From Inhella proteolytica (lineage in GTDB: Bacteria; Pseudomonadota; Gammaproteobacteria; Burkholderiales; Burkholderiaceae_C): a DNA stretch of 64,000 nucleotides. Position numbers and translations under genes: made by a program. This document shows, piece by piece, positions 18,142 through 27,818 of the stretch (position 1 is the first letter of the stretch; each line of letters opens with the position of its first letter). The notes below the pieces were generated by a model, which was given only the letters and a program-made list of their open reading frames with translations, did no database searches and was not told the DNA's origin. Where the stretch lies: NCBI RefSeq assembly GCF_016093275.1, contig NZ_JAEDAK010000005.1:1-64000 (forward strand), written 5' to 3'.

Positions 18142-18758
18142 TGGGATTCATCGACGCTGCGCTGAGCTACCCGACGGGTTTGCTGAGCGCCCTGCTGGCC
18201 GTGGTGCTGGTGTACTGGCTGCTGGCCCTGGTGGGCCTGGCGGACTTTGAAACCGATGGCCTGGAATGGCAGGCCGATGTGGACGCCGGCGAACTCAGCG
18301 GCGCGGCCGCGCTGCTGGTGGGCCTGGGCCTGGGTGGCGTGCCCTTCTCCATCGCCGCCAGCCTGGTGGTGCTGCTGGCCTGGACCTTCTGCTGCCTGGC
18401 CGCCATGTGGGTGCTGCCCACCGAGCCGGGGCTGCTGATGCAGATCGGCGCCGGCACCGGCGTGCTGCTGCTTGCGCTGGCCTGGGGCGTGCTGCTCACC
18501 AGCCGGCTCATCCGCCCGCTGCGCCCGCTCTTCAAGACGCACCAGGCCCAGCTGAACGCCGACCTGGTGGGCCAGCCCTGCACGGTGCTCACCGGCAGCG
18601 TGGACGAAAAGCTCGGCCAGGCCGAGATCAAGCAGGCGGGCGCCAGCCTGAACGTGCGCGTGTGGGCTGCCAGCCCGAACGATTTCAAGCGGGGCTCCAC
18701 CGCCCGCATCGCCGAATACGACGCGGCCCGCGGCCGCTATCGCATCGAACCCGTCTAA
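18141..18758 (+). CDS. YqiJ/NfeD-like membrane protein (OB-fold C-terminus)
   Basis: N-terminal TM helices plus C-terminal beta-rich 'GQPCTVLTGSVDEKLGQAEIKQAGASLNVRVWAA...RIAEYDAARGRYRIEPV', typical of NfeD/YqiJ partners of SPFH proteins. Confidence 0.65.
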   Translation: MGFIDAALSYPTGLLSALLAVVLVYWLLALVGLADFETDGLEWQADVDAGELSGAAALLVGLGLGGVPFSIAASLVVLLAWTFCCLAAMWVLPTEPGLLMQIGAGTGVLLLALAWGVLLTSRLIRPLRPLFKTHQAQLNADLVGQPCTVLTGSVDEKLGQAEIKQAGASLNVRVWAASPNDFKRGSTARIAEYDAARGRYRIEPV

Positions 18759-18786
18759 GAACCCCAATCACCCCCGGAGGAGAGCC

Positions 18787-20988
18787 ATGGAGCCCCTGAT
18801 CGTTGCTGTCGTCATCCTCGCCGTCCTGCTGCTCGGCATGGTGGCGCTGTTCGCCAAGTTCTATCTGAAGATCGACCAGGGCTATGCGCTGATCGTCAAC
18901 ACCCTGCGCGCCGAGCCCGAGGTCACCTTCACCGGGCGCATGGTCTACCCGATCATTCACCGCGCCGAGCTGATGGACATCTCGCTCAAGACCATCGAGA
19001 TCGACCGCAGCGGGAACGAGGGCCTGATCTGCAAGGACAACATCCGCGCCGACATCAAGGTCAAGTTCTTCGTGCGCGTGAACAAGACGGCCGACGACGT
19101 GCTCAAGGTCGCGCAGGCGATCGGCTGCGCGCGCGCCAGCAGCCAGGAAACCCTGGAAGAGCTGTTCTCCGCCAAGTTCTCCGAGGCCCTGAAGACGGCC
19201 GGCAAGGCGCTCGACTTCGTCGACCTCTACCAGGCGCGCGACCGCTTCCGCGACGAGATCCTGCGCCAGATCGGTGACGACCTGAGCGGCTACGTGCTCG
19301 AAGACGCCGCCATCGACTACCTGGAGCAGACGCCCATCCAGAAGCTCGACAGCAACAACATCCTCGACGCCCAGGGCATCAAGAAGATCACCGAGCTCAC
19401 CGCCGTGGAGCACGTGCGCACCAACGAGCTGCGCCGCAACGGCGAGATGCAGATCAAGAAGAAGGACGTCGAGACCCAGGAGACCATGCTGGAGCTGGAG
19501 CGCCAGGCCGCCGATGCCCAGGCCAAGCAGAGCCGCGAGATCGCCAGCGTGAAGGCGCGCGAGGAAGCCGAGACGCAGAAGATCCAGGCCGAGGAGCGCA
19601 CCAAGGCCGAACTGGCCCGCCTGCAGGCCGAACAGCAGCTCGCCGTGCAGCAGGAGAACGTGCTGCGCGAGAAAGAGGTGGCCGAGAACAACCGCAAGCG
19701 TGCGGTGGCCATCGAAGAAGAGAAGGTCACCCGCGCCCGCGAGCTGGAGGTGGTGGACCGCGAGAAGGAAGTGACCCTGCAGCGCATCGACAAGGACCGC
19801 GCGGTGGAGGTGCAGAAGAAGGCGATTGCCGACGTGGTGCGCGAGCGCATCGTGGTGGAGCGCACCGTGGCCGAGCAGGAAGAGGCCATCAAGGAACTGC
19901 GCACCGTGGCCGAGGCCGAGCGCAACAAGAAGGCCACCGTGGTGATGGCCGAAGGCCAGGCCGAAGAGAAGCTGCTGCTGGAGGTGAAGGCCGCCGAAGC
20001 GCAGGAGCGCCGCGCCCGCCACAAGGCCGCCGAGGAACTGACGCTCGCCGATGCCAAGCTGAAGGTGGCCGAGCGCGAAGCCGAGGCCAAGAAGCGCGAG
20101 GCCGAGGGCCTGGAGGCCATCACCGCCGCGCCCGGCTTTGCCCAGGCCAAGGTGGCCAAGGTGGGTGCCGAGGCCAAGCTGGCGCAGATGGAGGCCGAGG
20201 CCGCGGGCAAGCAGAAGATCGGTCTGTCGGAAGTGCAGGTGCGCACCGCCGAGGCCGAGGCCACGCTCAAGGCCGGCCAGGCCGAGGCGCAGGTGGTGCA
20301 GGCCAAGATGACGGCCGAAGCCGAGGGCAAGGGCAAGCTCGGCCTGGCCGAGGCGCAAGCCGTGCAGGCCAAGCTGCTCGCCGAGGCCGAGGGCAAGGAA
20401 AAGCTCGGCCTCGCCGACGTGCATGTGCGCGCCGCCGAATCGGACGCGCTGATCAAGGTGGGCGAAGCCGAGGCCCGCAACATCGAGCTGCGCTTCCAGG
20501 CCGAGGCCAAGGGCCTGCGCGAGAAGTTCGACGCCATGAAGGCCATGAGCCCGGACACCCGCCAGCACGAAGAGTTCCGCATGGCGCTGGAGAAGCAGCA
20601 CACCGAAACCATGAAGGGCATCGACGCCCAGACCTCGATCGCCCGCGAGCAGGCCGAGGTGCTGGGTGGCGCGCTCTCGAAGGCGAACATCGACATCGTC
20701 GGCGGCGAGGGCGACTATTTCGACCGCTTCGTGCGCGCGCTCTCCATCGGCAAGGGCATCGACGGCGTGATCCAGAACAGCCGCACCCTGCAGGTGGGCC
20801 TGAAGGACCACCTGACCGGCGAGCGCGATCTGGTGGGCGACTTGAAGGGCCTGGTGGGCGCGCTCGGCGGTGCGAGCGGCGAACTGCAGAACCTGACCGT
20901 GGCCAATCTGCTGGCCAAGGTGGCCAAGGATGGGACGGAGCCGCAGAAGGCCGCGCTGGCCACGCTGCTCAACGGCTTGAAGAACTGA
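18787..20988 (+). CDS. Flotillin-family (SPFH/band-7) protein, YqiK-like, with a long Ala/Glu/Lys-rich coiled-coil repeat region
   Basis: N-terminal TM helix. SPFH domain (GYALIVNTLRAEPEVTFTGRMVYPIIHRAELMDISLKTIEI...). About 350 aa of EA-repeat coiled coil. C-terminal flotillin tail. Confidence 0.85.
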   Translation: MEPLIVAVVILAVLLLGMVALFAKFYLKIDQGYALIVNTLRAEPEVTFTGRMVYPIIHRAELMDISLKTIEIDRSGNEGLICKDNIRADIKVKFFVRVNKTADDVLKVAQAIGCARASSQETLEELFSAKFSEALKTAGKALDFVDLYQARDRFRDEILRQIGDDLSGYVLEDAAIDYLEQTPIQKLDSNNILDAQGIKKITELTAVEHVRTNELRRNGEMQIKKKDVETQETMLELERQAADAQAKQSREIASVKAREEAETQKIQAEERTKAELARLQAEQQLAVQQENVLREKEVAENNRKRAVAIEEEKVTRARELEVVDREKEVTLQRIDKDRAVEVQKKAIADVVRERIVVERTVAEQEEAIKELRTVAEAERNKKATVVMAEGQAEEKLLLEVKAAEAQERRARHKAAEELTLADAKLKVAEREAEAKKREAEGLEAITAAPGFAQAKVAKVGAEAKLAQMEAEAAGKQKIGLSEVQVRTAEAEATLKAGQAEAQVVQAKMTAEAEGKGKLGLAEAQAVQAKLLAEAEGKEKLGLADVHVRAAESDALIKVGEAEARNIELRFQAEAKGLREKFDAMKAMSPDTRQHEEFRMALEKQHTETMKGIDAQTSIAREQAEVLGGALSKANIDIVGGEGDYFDRFVRALSIGKGIDGVIQNSRTLQVGLKDHLTGERDLVGDLKGLVGALGGASGELQNLTVANLLAKVAKDGTEPQKAALATLLNGLKN

Positions 20989-20997
20989 GGACCGGCC

Positions 20998-21540
20998 ATG
21001 TACACGCCCCTGATGAGCCCCTGCGCGCCGCAACAGACGCTGCAGCGCGGTGAGCTGGCGCCCGGCCTGCTGGCCTGGCTGTGCAAGGAATCCGGCGGCG
21101 CGCTGCTGGACCTGCAGGACTACCGCCGCTGGGCCGAGCAGGCCGTGGCCGTGCCGCTCACCGTCACGGCCGAGACCGCCTTGCACGACGGCCAGGGCGT
21201 GCGCCGCTGCCCCAACTGCACCCGCCTGATGCAGCGCCTGCGCTCGGGCACCGAGCAGGGCTTCCGCATCGACCGTTGCGCCGCCTGCCAGCTCGTCTGG
21301 CTGGACCGCGGCGAATGGGACGCCCTGGCCGCCGCCGGCCACGCGCTGCACCTGCAGGCCCTGCTCTCCGACGCCGGCCAGCGCCTGGCCCAGGAGGACG
21401 AGCTGCGCGAACGCCGCGAGGCCGAACTGGCCGAGCGGCTGGGGCTAGACACCCTGCGCGAGCTGCAGCGCATGCGCGTCTGGCTCGACGGCCGTTCCGA
21501 CCGCGATGAACTCTTGAACCTCCTCCGCAATGGCTGGTAG
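20998..21540 (+). CDS. Zinc-ribbon (CxxC...CxxC) domain protein
   Basis: 'CPNCTRLMQRL....RIDRCAACQLVWLDRGEWD' is a TFIIB-type zinc ribbon. Only 10 bp downstream of the flotillin stop. Confidence 0.55.
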   Translation: MYTPLMSPCAPQQTLQRGELAPGLLAWLCKESGGALLDLQDYRRWAEQAVAVPLTVTAETALHDGQGVRRCPNCTRLMQRLRSGTEQGFRIDRCAACQLVWLDRGEWDALAAAGHALHLQALLSDAGQRLAQEDELRERREAELAERLGLDTLRELQRMRVWLDGRSDRDELLNLLRNGW

Positions 21541-21684
21541 GACGTGACCCACCCCCGAAGCGCCTTTGGCGCTTCCCCCTCAAGGGGGCGCCACTGGCGG
21601 CCCGGCAAAGCCGGTTCCGCGGTGGCCCCTTGATCAATCTGGCGCTGCTGCTGTTGTCGCATTGAGTTGCCACCGGAATTCCAC

Positions 21685-24600
21685 ATGACCACCATGCCCG
21701 ATGCCGCCGACAGCGCCAGCTTCGAGCTGCTCAAAAAACGCCTCGCCACCCAAGGCGAGGCGCTGGCCGCGCAAACCTGCGCGCTGAACGACGCGCGCCT
21801 GCAGGCCTTCGGCCGCAGCGAGCTGGCCCTGCTGCTGCGCACCCGCGCCCGCACCGAGAACAACTGCCATGCGCGCGACCTCGTGCGCATTGGCGAGCAG
21901 CTGCTGTTCGGCTTCAACGTCTTCATCGGCCTGCGCAAGGAAACCTCGGTCGCCGATGTGTTCGCGCTCTATCGGCTGGGCGCGGGCGATGAGCTCGAAG
22001 CCCTGCCGCTGGCCGGCAGCTTCCTGGACGAAGCCCGCTTCACGCAGGACTTCCGCGAGCTCTACGCCTATTACAAGAACGCCACGCTGATCCAGCTGCG
22101 CGTCACCGCGGACAAGCTGCTCGCCGCCTTCCAGATCGGCCAGCAGCTGCACGACCTGCGCGTGTTCCGCTGGCAGATCGAGCGCGATGGCAGCCTGAAG
22201 TACATCGACAACCGCGGCGAGCGCGACATGCAGCTGCCGCCCACGCACGACTTCGAATGGACGCCCACCGCGCGCGAGCACCAGGTGGCCGGCCGCCACC
22301 CGCACGTCAACATCCTCGACACCGTGTTCGTCGAGACCACCGGCGGCGACCTCACCGTCAAGGTGGAGAACAACACCGAGAGCGGGCTGGGCATCTACAG
22401 CGAGCCGGTGGAAGACAGGAACCAGAGCCTGGCCGATGCCGAGATCGCCTACGCCCGGCTCGGCGCCTTGATCCTGCTGCGCATCAAGCCCTACCGCGAG
22501 ACGGTCACGCGCTACCTGGTGTTCAACACGCGCACCCGCGCGGTCGAGCGCATCGACGCCATCGGCTCTTCCTGCGTGCAGCTGCCCGAGGACCACGGCA
22601 TCCTCTTCCCCGGCGGCTGCTACCTGCAGAACGGCGAGACCAAGCGCTTCGACCTACCCGAGGCCATCACCGCCGGCCTGCGCTTCAAGCGCATGGTGCG
22701 CTCGCCCAATGGCGAGGACGTGCTGTTCGTCTTCTACGAACCGACAAGCGGGCATTACGCGCTCTTCACCTACAACCTCATCAACAAGGCCCTGGCCACG
22801 CCCCTGCTGGCCAACGGTTATGCACGCTTCCCCGATGGCCGCGTGCTCGTCTTCCTGACCGAAGGCGCCGAGCCCACGCGCGTGCACCCCATGCAGCTGT
22901 GGCAAACGCCCTTCTTCAGCGAAGAGCATGCGCTGGCGCAACCGAAGGCCGAGGGCTTCTTCGGCCGCATCGGCAACGCCGAGCTGGTGCGCGGCATTGC
23001 CGAGCTGAATGGCATCGCCCGCGCGCTGGCCGACCAGCCGCCCACCCGCACCGCCTACGAAGACCTGCTGCGCCAATGCGGCCGCGTCGTCGATGCCTAT
23101 TTCTGGCTGGATGAGACGGAAGCCGGCGGCCTGCTGCAGGCGCTCAAGGCCATCCAGGACGGCGCCCGCGCCACCCTCACCGAATTCGAGAAGGTCGAGG
23201 CCATCCGCCAGGACACCGCCAAGGCCTTTGCCCAGGCCGAAGGCCAGCAGCGCGAACTGCTCACGGTCATCGCCAGCACCCTGTGGAAGCAGCCGGACGA
23301 CTTCATCCAGGCGCTGGCGCGCCTGCGGGAACGCCGCGGCCAGCTGCAACTGCTGAAGGAGCTGCGCTACGCCGATCTGGCACGCGTGCAGGCCTGGGAC
23401 GAGGCCCTGGCCACCGAACAGCAGCGCGTGGGCGAAAAGGCCCTCGCCTTCCTGGCCGGCGACAAGGCCTTCGACAGCCAGCGCGCGGCGCTCACCAACC
23501 TGGCCGCCGAACTGCCCCAGGCCAGCACCACCACGCAGATCGCCGCCCTGCTCGCCACCCTGGACGAACAGGCTGCCGGCCTGGACCTGCTGACCGAGCA
23601 GCTCGGCAGCCTGCCGGGCGGCGACGCGGTGACGCGCACCCAGATCCTCGACCGCATCTCGGCCCTCTACGCCGACATCAACCGCCTGCGCGCCGAAGCG
23701 CGCCAGCGCCGCAAAAGCATGGGCGCGGCCGAGGCCACGGCCGAGTTTGGCGCCCAGTTCAAGCTGTTCGGCCAGGCGGTGGACAACGCGGTGTCCTTTG
23801 CCGACACGCCCGAGGCCTGCGACGAGGCCCTGACCCGGCTGCTGGCCCAGCTGGAAGAGCTGGAAGGCCGCTTTGCCGAGCACGACGAGTTCCTGCTCGA
23901 CATCACCACCAAGCGCGAGGCTGTGGTCGAGGCCTTTGCCGCGCGCCGCCAAACCCTGGTGGACGCGCGCCAGCGTCGCGCCCAGGCCATCACCGACGCG
24001 GCCGGTCGCATCCTCGACGGCCTGCCGCGCCGCCTGGCCAATCTGGCCGATCTGGCGGCCGTGCACAGCCTGTTCGCCGCCGACCCCCTGGTGGGCAAGC
24101 TGCGCAGCCTCATCAAGGACCTGCGCGACTTGGGCGCCGCCGTGGCCGCCGATGAGCTGGACACCCGCCTCAAGACCGCACGCGACAACGCCCTGCGCGT
24201 GGTGCGCGACCAGAAGGACCTGGCCAGCGACGGCGGCAAGGCGCTCAAGCTCGGCCGCCATGCCTTCAGCGTCAACCACCAGGCGCTGGAACTGACCCTG
24301 GTGCCGCGCAACGAAGCGCTGAGCTTCCACCTCACCGGCACCGACTATTTCGCCCCCGTGCAGGACGAGCGCCTGAACGCCCTGGCCCCCTACTGGCAGC
24401 AGGCCCTGGTGAGCGAAACCGCCGAGCTGAGCCGTGCCGAATACCTGGCCGGCTGCGTGCTGCAGGCCGCGCTGGCCGGTGAGGAAGGCGATGCCCTGCC
24501 GGAGCTCTTGGGGCACGCCCTCGCCGGCCCGGACGGCCACGCGGCCCTGCTCGAAGCCGTCCGCCGCTTCGCCGCCCCGCGCTACCAGGAGGGCTACCAG

Positions 24601-26754
24601 AAGGGCGTGCACGACGAAGACGCGGCGCGTCTGCTCGGCCCCCTGCTGGTGATGCAGGACAGCGCCGGCCTGCTCGCCTTCGAGCCCGCCGCCCGCGCCC
24701 TGGCCATGCGCTTCTGGGCCGGCGCGCTTGACGAGCCGGCCCAGGCCGCGCTGCAACGCCGCGCCCGCGCCGCCGCGCAGATGCGCGCCCTCTTCAAGGC
24801 CGCCGAGCCGCAAGCCCAGCTGGAAGCCGAGCTGGCCCCGCAGCTCGCCGCCTTCGCGCCCGACCAGGCCGAACACGCCCCCCGCGCCGCCGCCTACCTG
24901 GCGCGCCAGCTCGCTGCCGCACACCCCGCCTGGCCGCTGGCCAATGGCGCCGGCGAATTGGTGGACCAACTCTGGCGCGCGCTGGAGCGCAGCGGCCAGG
25001 CCGGCCCCTTGCGCCACGACCTGGAAGCCGCCAGCCCGACCGAGCGCTGGCAGCAGGCGCGGGCCTGGCTGCAGGCCTTCGCCCAGGCCCAGCACCCGCA
25101 GCTGCTGCAGTGGCTGGACGATGCCGCGAGCAGCCTGGCCATCCCCAAGCTGCCGCGCGAACGCCTGGGCGTGGAGCTGGAGCATGCGGTGAGCGGCCTG
25201 CTCAGCGAACACCCGCGCATTCAGCAAGGCCAGCTGCTGCTGAACCTGAACGAGTTCTGGCGCCGCTTTGCCCACCACCAAGCCGTGGTGCTGCCGGCCT
25301 TCCAGGCCTTGCAGGCGCGCCGGCTGGAACTCGTTCAACAGGAAAAGCAGCGCCTGCGCCTGGAGCAGTTCCAGGCCAAGCCGCTCTCCAGCTTCGTGCG
25401 CAACCGCCTGATCGACGAGGTCTACCTGCCCCTGGTGGGCGACAACCTGGCCAAGCAGCTCGGCACCGCCGGCGAAGGCGCCCGCACCGACCGCATGGGC
25501 CTGCTGCTGCTCATCTCGCCGCCCGGCTACGGCAAGACCACCTTGATGGAGTACCTGGCCGAACGCCTCGGCCTGATCTTCGTGCGCATCAACTGCCCGG
25601 CGCTCGGCCACGACATCACATCCGTCGACCCGAGTGCGGCCACGCACAGCGCCGCGCGCCAGGAGCTGGAAAAGCTCAACCTCGGCCTGGCCATGGGCAA
25701 CAACGTGATGCTGTACCTGGACGACATCCAGCACACCCACCCCGAGTTCCTGCAGAAGTTCATCGCCCTGGCCGACGGCACGCGCCGCATGGAAGGCGTG
25801 TGGAACGGCCAGCCGCGCTCGTACGACCTGCGCGGCAAACGCTTCGCCATCGTCATGGCCGGCAACCCGTATACCGAGAGCGGCGAGGTCTTCAAGATCC
25901 CCGACATGCTGGCCAACCGGGCCGACATCTACAACCTTGGCGACGTGCTGTCAGGCCGCGAGCAGCTGTTCGCGCTCAGCTACATCGAGAACGCGCTCAC
26001 CGCCAACCCGGCCCTGCAACCCCTGGCCAGCCGCGACCCCGCCGACGTGCACAAGTTGGTGCGCCTGGCGCAAGGCCAGGAGGTGCCCGCCACCGACTTC
26101 GCCCACCCCTACAGCGCGGCCGAACTGGACGAGCTGCGCGAGCTGATGCAGCGCCTCTTCAAGGCGCGCGACCTGCTGCTCAAGGTCAACCTCGCCTACA
26201 TCGAGAGCGCCGCCCAGGCCGACGCCTACCGCAGCGAGCCGCCCTTCAAGCTGCAGGGCAGCTACCGCAATATGGGCAAGCTGACGGCCAAGATCACCGC
26301 CCTGATGCGCGACGAGGAGCTGGATGCGCTGCTGCGCGACCACTACCGCGGCGAGGCCCAAACGCTCACCAGCGGGGCCGAAGAAAACCTGCTCAAGCTC
26401 GCCCACCTGCTCGGCTCCCCCACCGACGAGGAGCGCACGCGCTGGGCTGCCATCTGCGAGGAATACGTCAAGCGCCGCAAGCTAGGCGGCGCCGGGCAGG
26501 ACGGCCACACGCGCATCGCCGCGTCCTTGCTCGACGTGGCCGGCGCGGTCAAGGACCTGCACCTGAACCCGCCCATGACCGAGGGCATGAAGATGGCCGA
26601 GGCTCTGCTGCAGCTCTCCATCACCTACCGCAAGATCCTGATGCCCTTGGTCTCGGCGACCGAGAAGCGGCTGGAGCTGGATCAGTCGCTGCATGAGCAG
26701 GTGGAGCGGTTGGCGCGTGGGGTGGAGGGCGATCCTCTGGAGGATGGGGTCTGA
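21685..26754 (+). CDS. Giant (~1690 aa) uncharacterised protein with C-terminal AAA+ ATPase domain
   Basis: Single uninterrupted GC3-biased ORF. Beta-rich N-terminal ~450 aa. About 800 aa of Ala/Leu/Glu/Arg-rich helical region. AAA+ module near the C-terminus: Walker A 'ISPPGYGKTTLMEY', Walker B 'VMLYLDDIQ', sensor-1-like 'IVMAGNPYT', Arg 'DMLANRADIYNLG'. Confidence 0.8.
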   Translation: MTTMPDAADSASFELLKKRLATQGEALAAQTCALNDARLQAFGRSELALLLRTRARTENNCHARDLVRIGEQLLFGFNVFIGLRKETSVADVFALYRLGAGDELEALPLAGSFLDEARFTQDFRELYAYYKNATLIQLRVTADKLLAAFQIGQQLHDLRVFRWQIERDGSLKYIDNRGERDMQLPPTHDFEWTPTAREHQVAGRHPHVNILDTVFVETTGGDLTVKVENNTESGLGIYSEPVEDRNQSLADAEIAYARLGALILLRIKPYRETVTRYLVFNTRTRAVERIDAIGSSCVQLPEDHGILFPGGCYLQNGETKRFDLPEAITAGLRFKRMVRSPNGEDVLFVFYEPTSGHYALFTYNLINKALATPLLANGYARFPDGRVLVFLTEGAEPTRVHPMQLWQTPFFSEEHALAQPKAEGFFGRIGNAELVRGIAELNGIARALADQPPTRTAYEDLLRQCGRVVDAYFWLDETEAGGLLQALKAIQDGARATLTEFEKVEAIRQDTAKAFAQAEGQQRELLTVIASTLWKQPDDFIQALARLRERRGQLQLLKELRYADLARVQAWDEALATEQQRVGEKALAFLAGDKAFDSQRAALTNLAAELPQASTTTQIAALLATLDEQAAGLDLLTEQLGSLPGGDAVTRTQILDRISALYADINRLRAEARQRRKSMGAAEATAEFGAQFKLFGQAVDNAVSFADTPEACDEALTRLLAQLEELEGRFAEHDEFLLDITTKREAVVEAFAARRQTLVDARQRRAQAITDAAGRILDGLPRRLANLADLAAVHSLFAADPLVGKLRSLIKDLRDLGAAVAADELDTRLKTARDNALRVVRDQKDLASDGGKALKLGRHAFSVNHQALELTLVPRNEALSFHLTGTDYFAPVQDERLNALAPYWQQALVSETAELSRAEYLAGCVLQAALAGEEGDALPELLGHALAGPDGHAALLEAVRRFAAPRYQEGYQKGVHDEDAARLLGPLLVMQDSAGLLAFEPAARALAMRFWAGALDEPAQAALQRRARAAAQMRALFKAAEPQAQLEAELAPQLAAFAPDQAEHAPRAAAYLARQLAAAHPAWPLANGAGELVDQLWRALERSGQAGPLRHDLEAASPTERWQQARAWLQAFAQAQHPQLLQWLDDAASSLAIPKLPRERLGVELEHAVSGLLSEHPRIQQGQLLLNLNEFWRRFAHHQAVVLPAFQALQARRLELVQQEKQRLRLEQFQAKPLSSFVRNRLIDEVYLPLVGDNLAKQLGTAGEGARTDRMGLLLLISPPGYGKTTLMEYLAERLGLIFVRINCPALGHDITSVDPSAATHSAARQELEKLNLGLAMGNNVMLYLDDIQHTHPEFLQKFIALADGTRRMEGVWNGQPRSYDLRGKRFAIVMAGNPYTESGEVFKIPDMLANRADIYNLGDVLSGREQLFALSYIENALTANPALQPLASRDPADVHKLVRLAQGQEVPATDFAHPYSAAELDELRELMQRLFKARDLLLKVNLAYIESAAQADAYRSEPPFKLQGSYRNMGKLTAKITALMRDEELDALLRDHYRGEAQTLTSGAEENLLKLAHLLGSPTDEERTRWAAICEEYVKRRKLGGAGQDGHTRIAASLLDVAGAVKDLHLNPPMTEGMKMAEALLQLSITYRKILMPLVSATEKRLELDQSLHEQVERLARGVEGDPLEDGV

Positions 26755-27037
26755 GCCGATGGCAGAAGGCGCCCCCTGCGCTACAACGCGGAGCGTCATG
26801 CCCTCAACGAAAGGGCAGGCACCAGGGAGGAGCGAGAAGTGCCGGCTTCAAACATTGGACGGGTCATTGCCAAGGAGGCCCAGCAGCAGCAGCGGCGGCC
26901 TGCACCGCTGCTCAGTGCGGGCAGCGGGCCGAGCTGCAGCGGCGACTCGCGGCCCATGAAAGAGAGCCCACTCGAGTTGTGCCTTGGGAGGCGGTCCGCG
27001 TCGCACTGGGGCTTTCCACGACCGAGGCGGCTTCGCG

Positions 27038-27646
27038 ATGAGCCAAGCGCTGCAGCCCCTGATCCAGAGCCGCATCCTGACCCTGCGCGGCCAGCGGGTC
27101 CTGCTCGACGCCGACCTTGCTCAGCTCTACGGCGTCGAAACCCGGGCACTTGTGCAAGCCGTCAAGAGAAACCTTGCGCGCTTTCCCGAGGACTTCATGT
27201 TCACCCTCAGCGCCGAGGAGTTTGCCGACTTGAGATCACAGACTGTGATCTCAAGTGCCGCTCTTCCCGCTGTGCGCCATGGCGGTCGGCGCACCCCGCC
27301 TCTCGCCTTCACGGAGCAAGACGTCGCCATGTTGTCCTCGGTGCTGAACAGCCCGCGCGCGATCGCGGTCAACATCGAGATCATGCGCACCTTCGTGCGC
27401 GTACGTGCCTTGGCGGCCACCCATGCCGACCTGGCCCAGCGCCTGAGTGAACTGGAGGACAAGACGGCTTCGCTGGCGCTGGACCACGAACTGCTGGGGC
27501 GCAATACCCGGGCGCAGTTGAAGCAGGTGTTCGATACCTTGCGGCAATTGATGACGCCCGTGGAGCCCCCTACGCCGCCCAAGCGGCCTATCGGGTTCGT
27601 GCAACCCGACGAGTCGAATCGGGGCAAGGCCAAGGGGCGGCTATGA
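27038..27646 (+). CDS. ORF6N-domain (KilA-N-related, phage-associated) protein
   Basis: 'ILTLRGQRVLLDADLAQLYGVETRALVQAVKRNLARFPEDFMFTL' is the hallmark ORF6N motif. Real start at 27038; the track ORF adds an unsupported N-terminus. Confidence 0.75.
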   Translation: MSQALQPLIQSRILTLRGQRVLLDADLAQLYGVETRALVQAVKRNLARFPEDFMFTLSAEEFADLRSQTVISSAALPAVRHGGRRTPPLAFTEQDVAMLSSVLNSPRAIAVNIEIMRTFVRVRALAATHADLAQRLSELEDKTASLALDHELLGRNTRAQLKQVFDTLRQLMTPVEPPTPPKRPIGFVQPDESNRGKAKGRL

Positions 27647-27818
27647 GCGGGCGGCCGGGCCATGTGTCGGAACCCCTGCTGATTGAAGGCCTGCCCCCGG
27701 GTATCCGTGCCCCCGGTATGCGGCCTTTAGGACGCCTCTGGGACGCGCCTCGGGTTCTTGCATCTTTCATCGGTGAGTGCAAATTGAAAGACCCCGTCCC
27801 TGGTGCGCCCCGGGGGAA

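Noticed and set aside
18685-21351. 888-aa minus-strand ORF
   Set aside because: Antisense to the flotillin gene; its G/L/A-rich repeats mirror the EA-rich coiled-coil codons. The flotillin reading has an SPFH domain and a TM helix.
22654-25740. 1028-aa minus-strand ORF and many nested ORFs inside the giant gene
   Set aside because: Antisense/alternative frames of the 1690-aa gene; low complexity. The plus frame carries the AAA+ motifs and continuous GC3 bias.
26839-27450. 203-aa plus ORF and the 26984 start of the ORF6N ORF
   Set aside because: Different frame from, or N-terminal extension of, the ORF6N gene. The conserved ORF6N domain begins right after ATG 27038.
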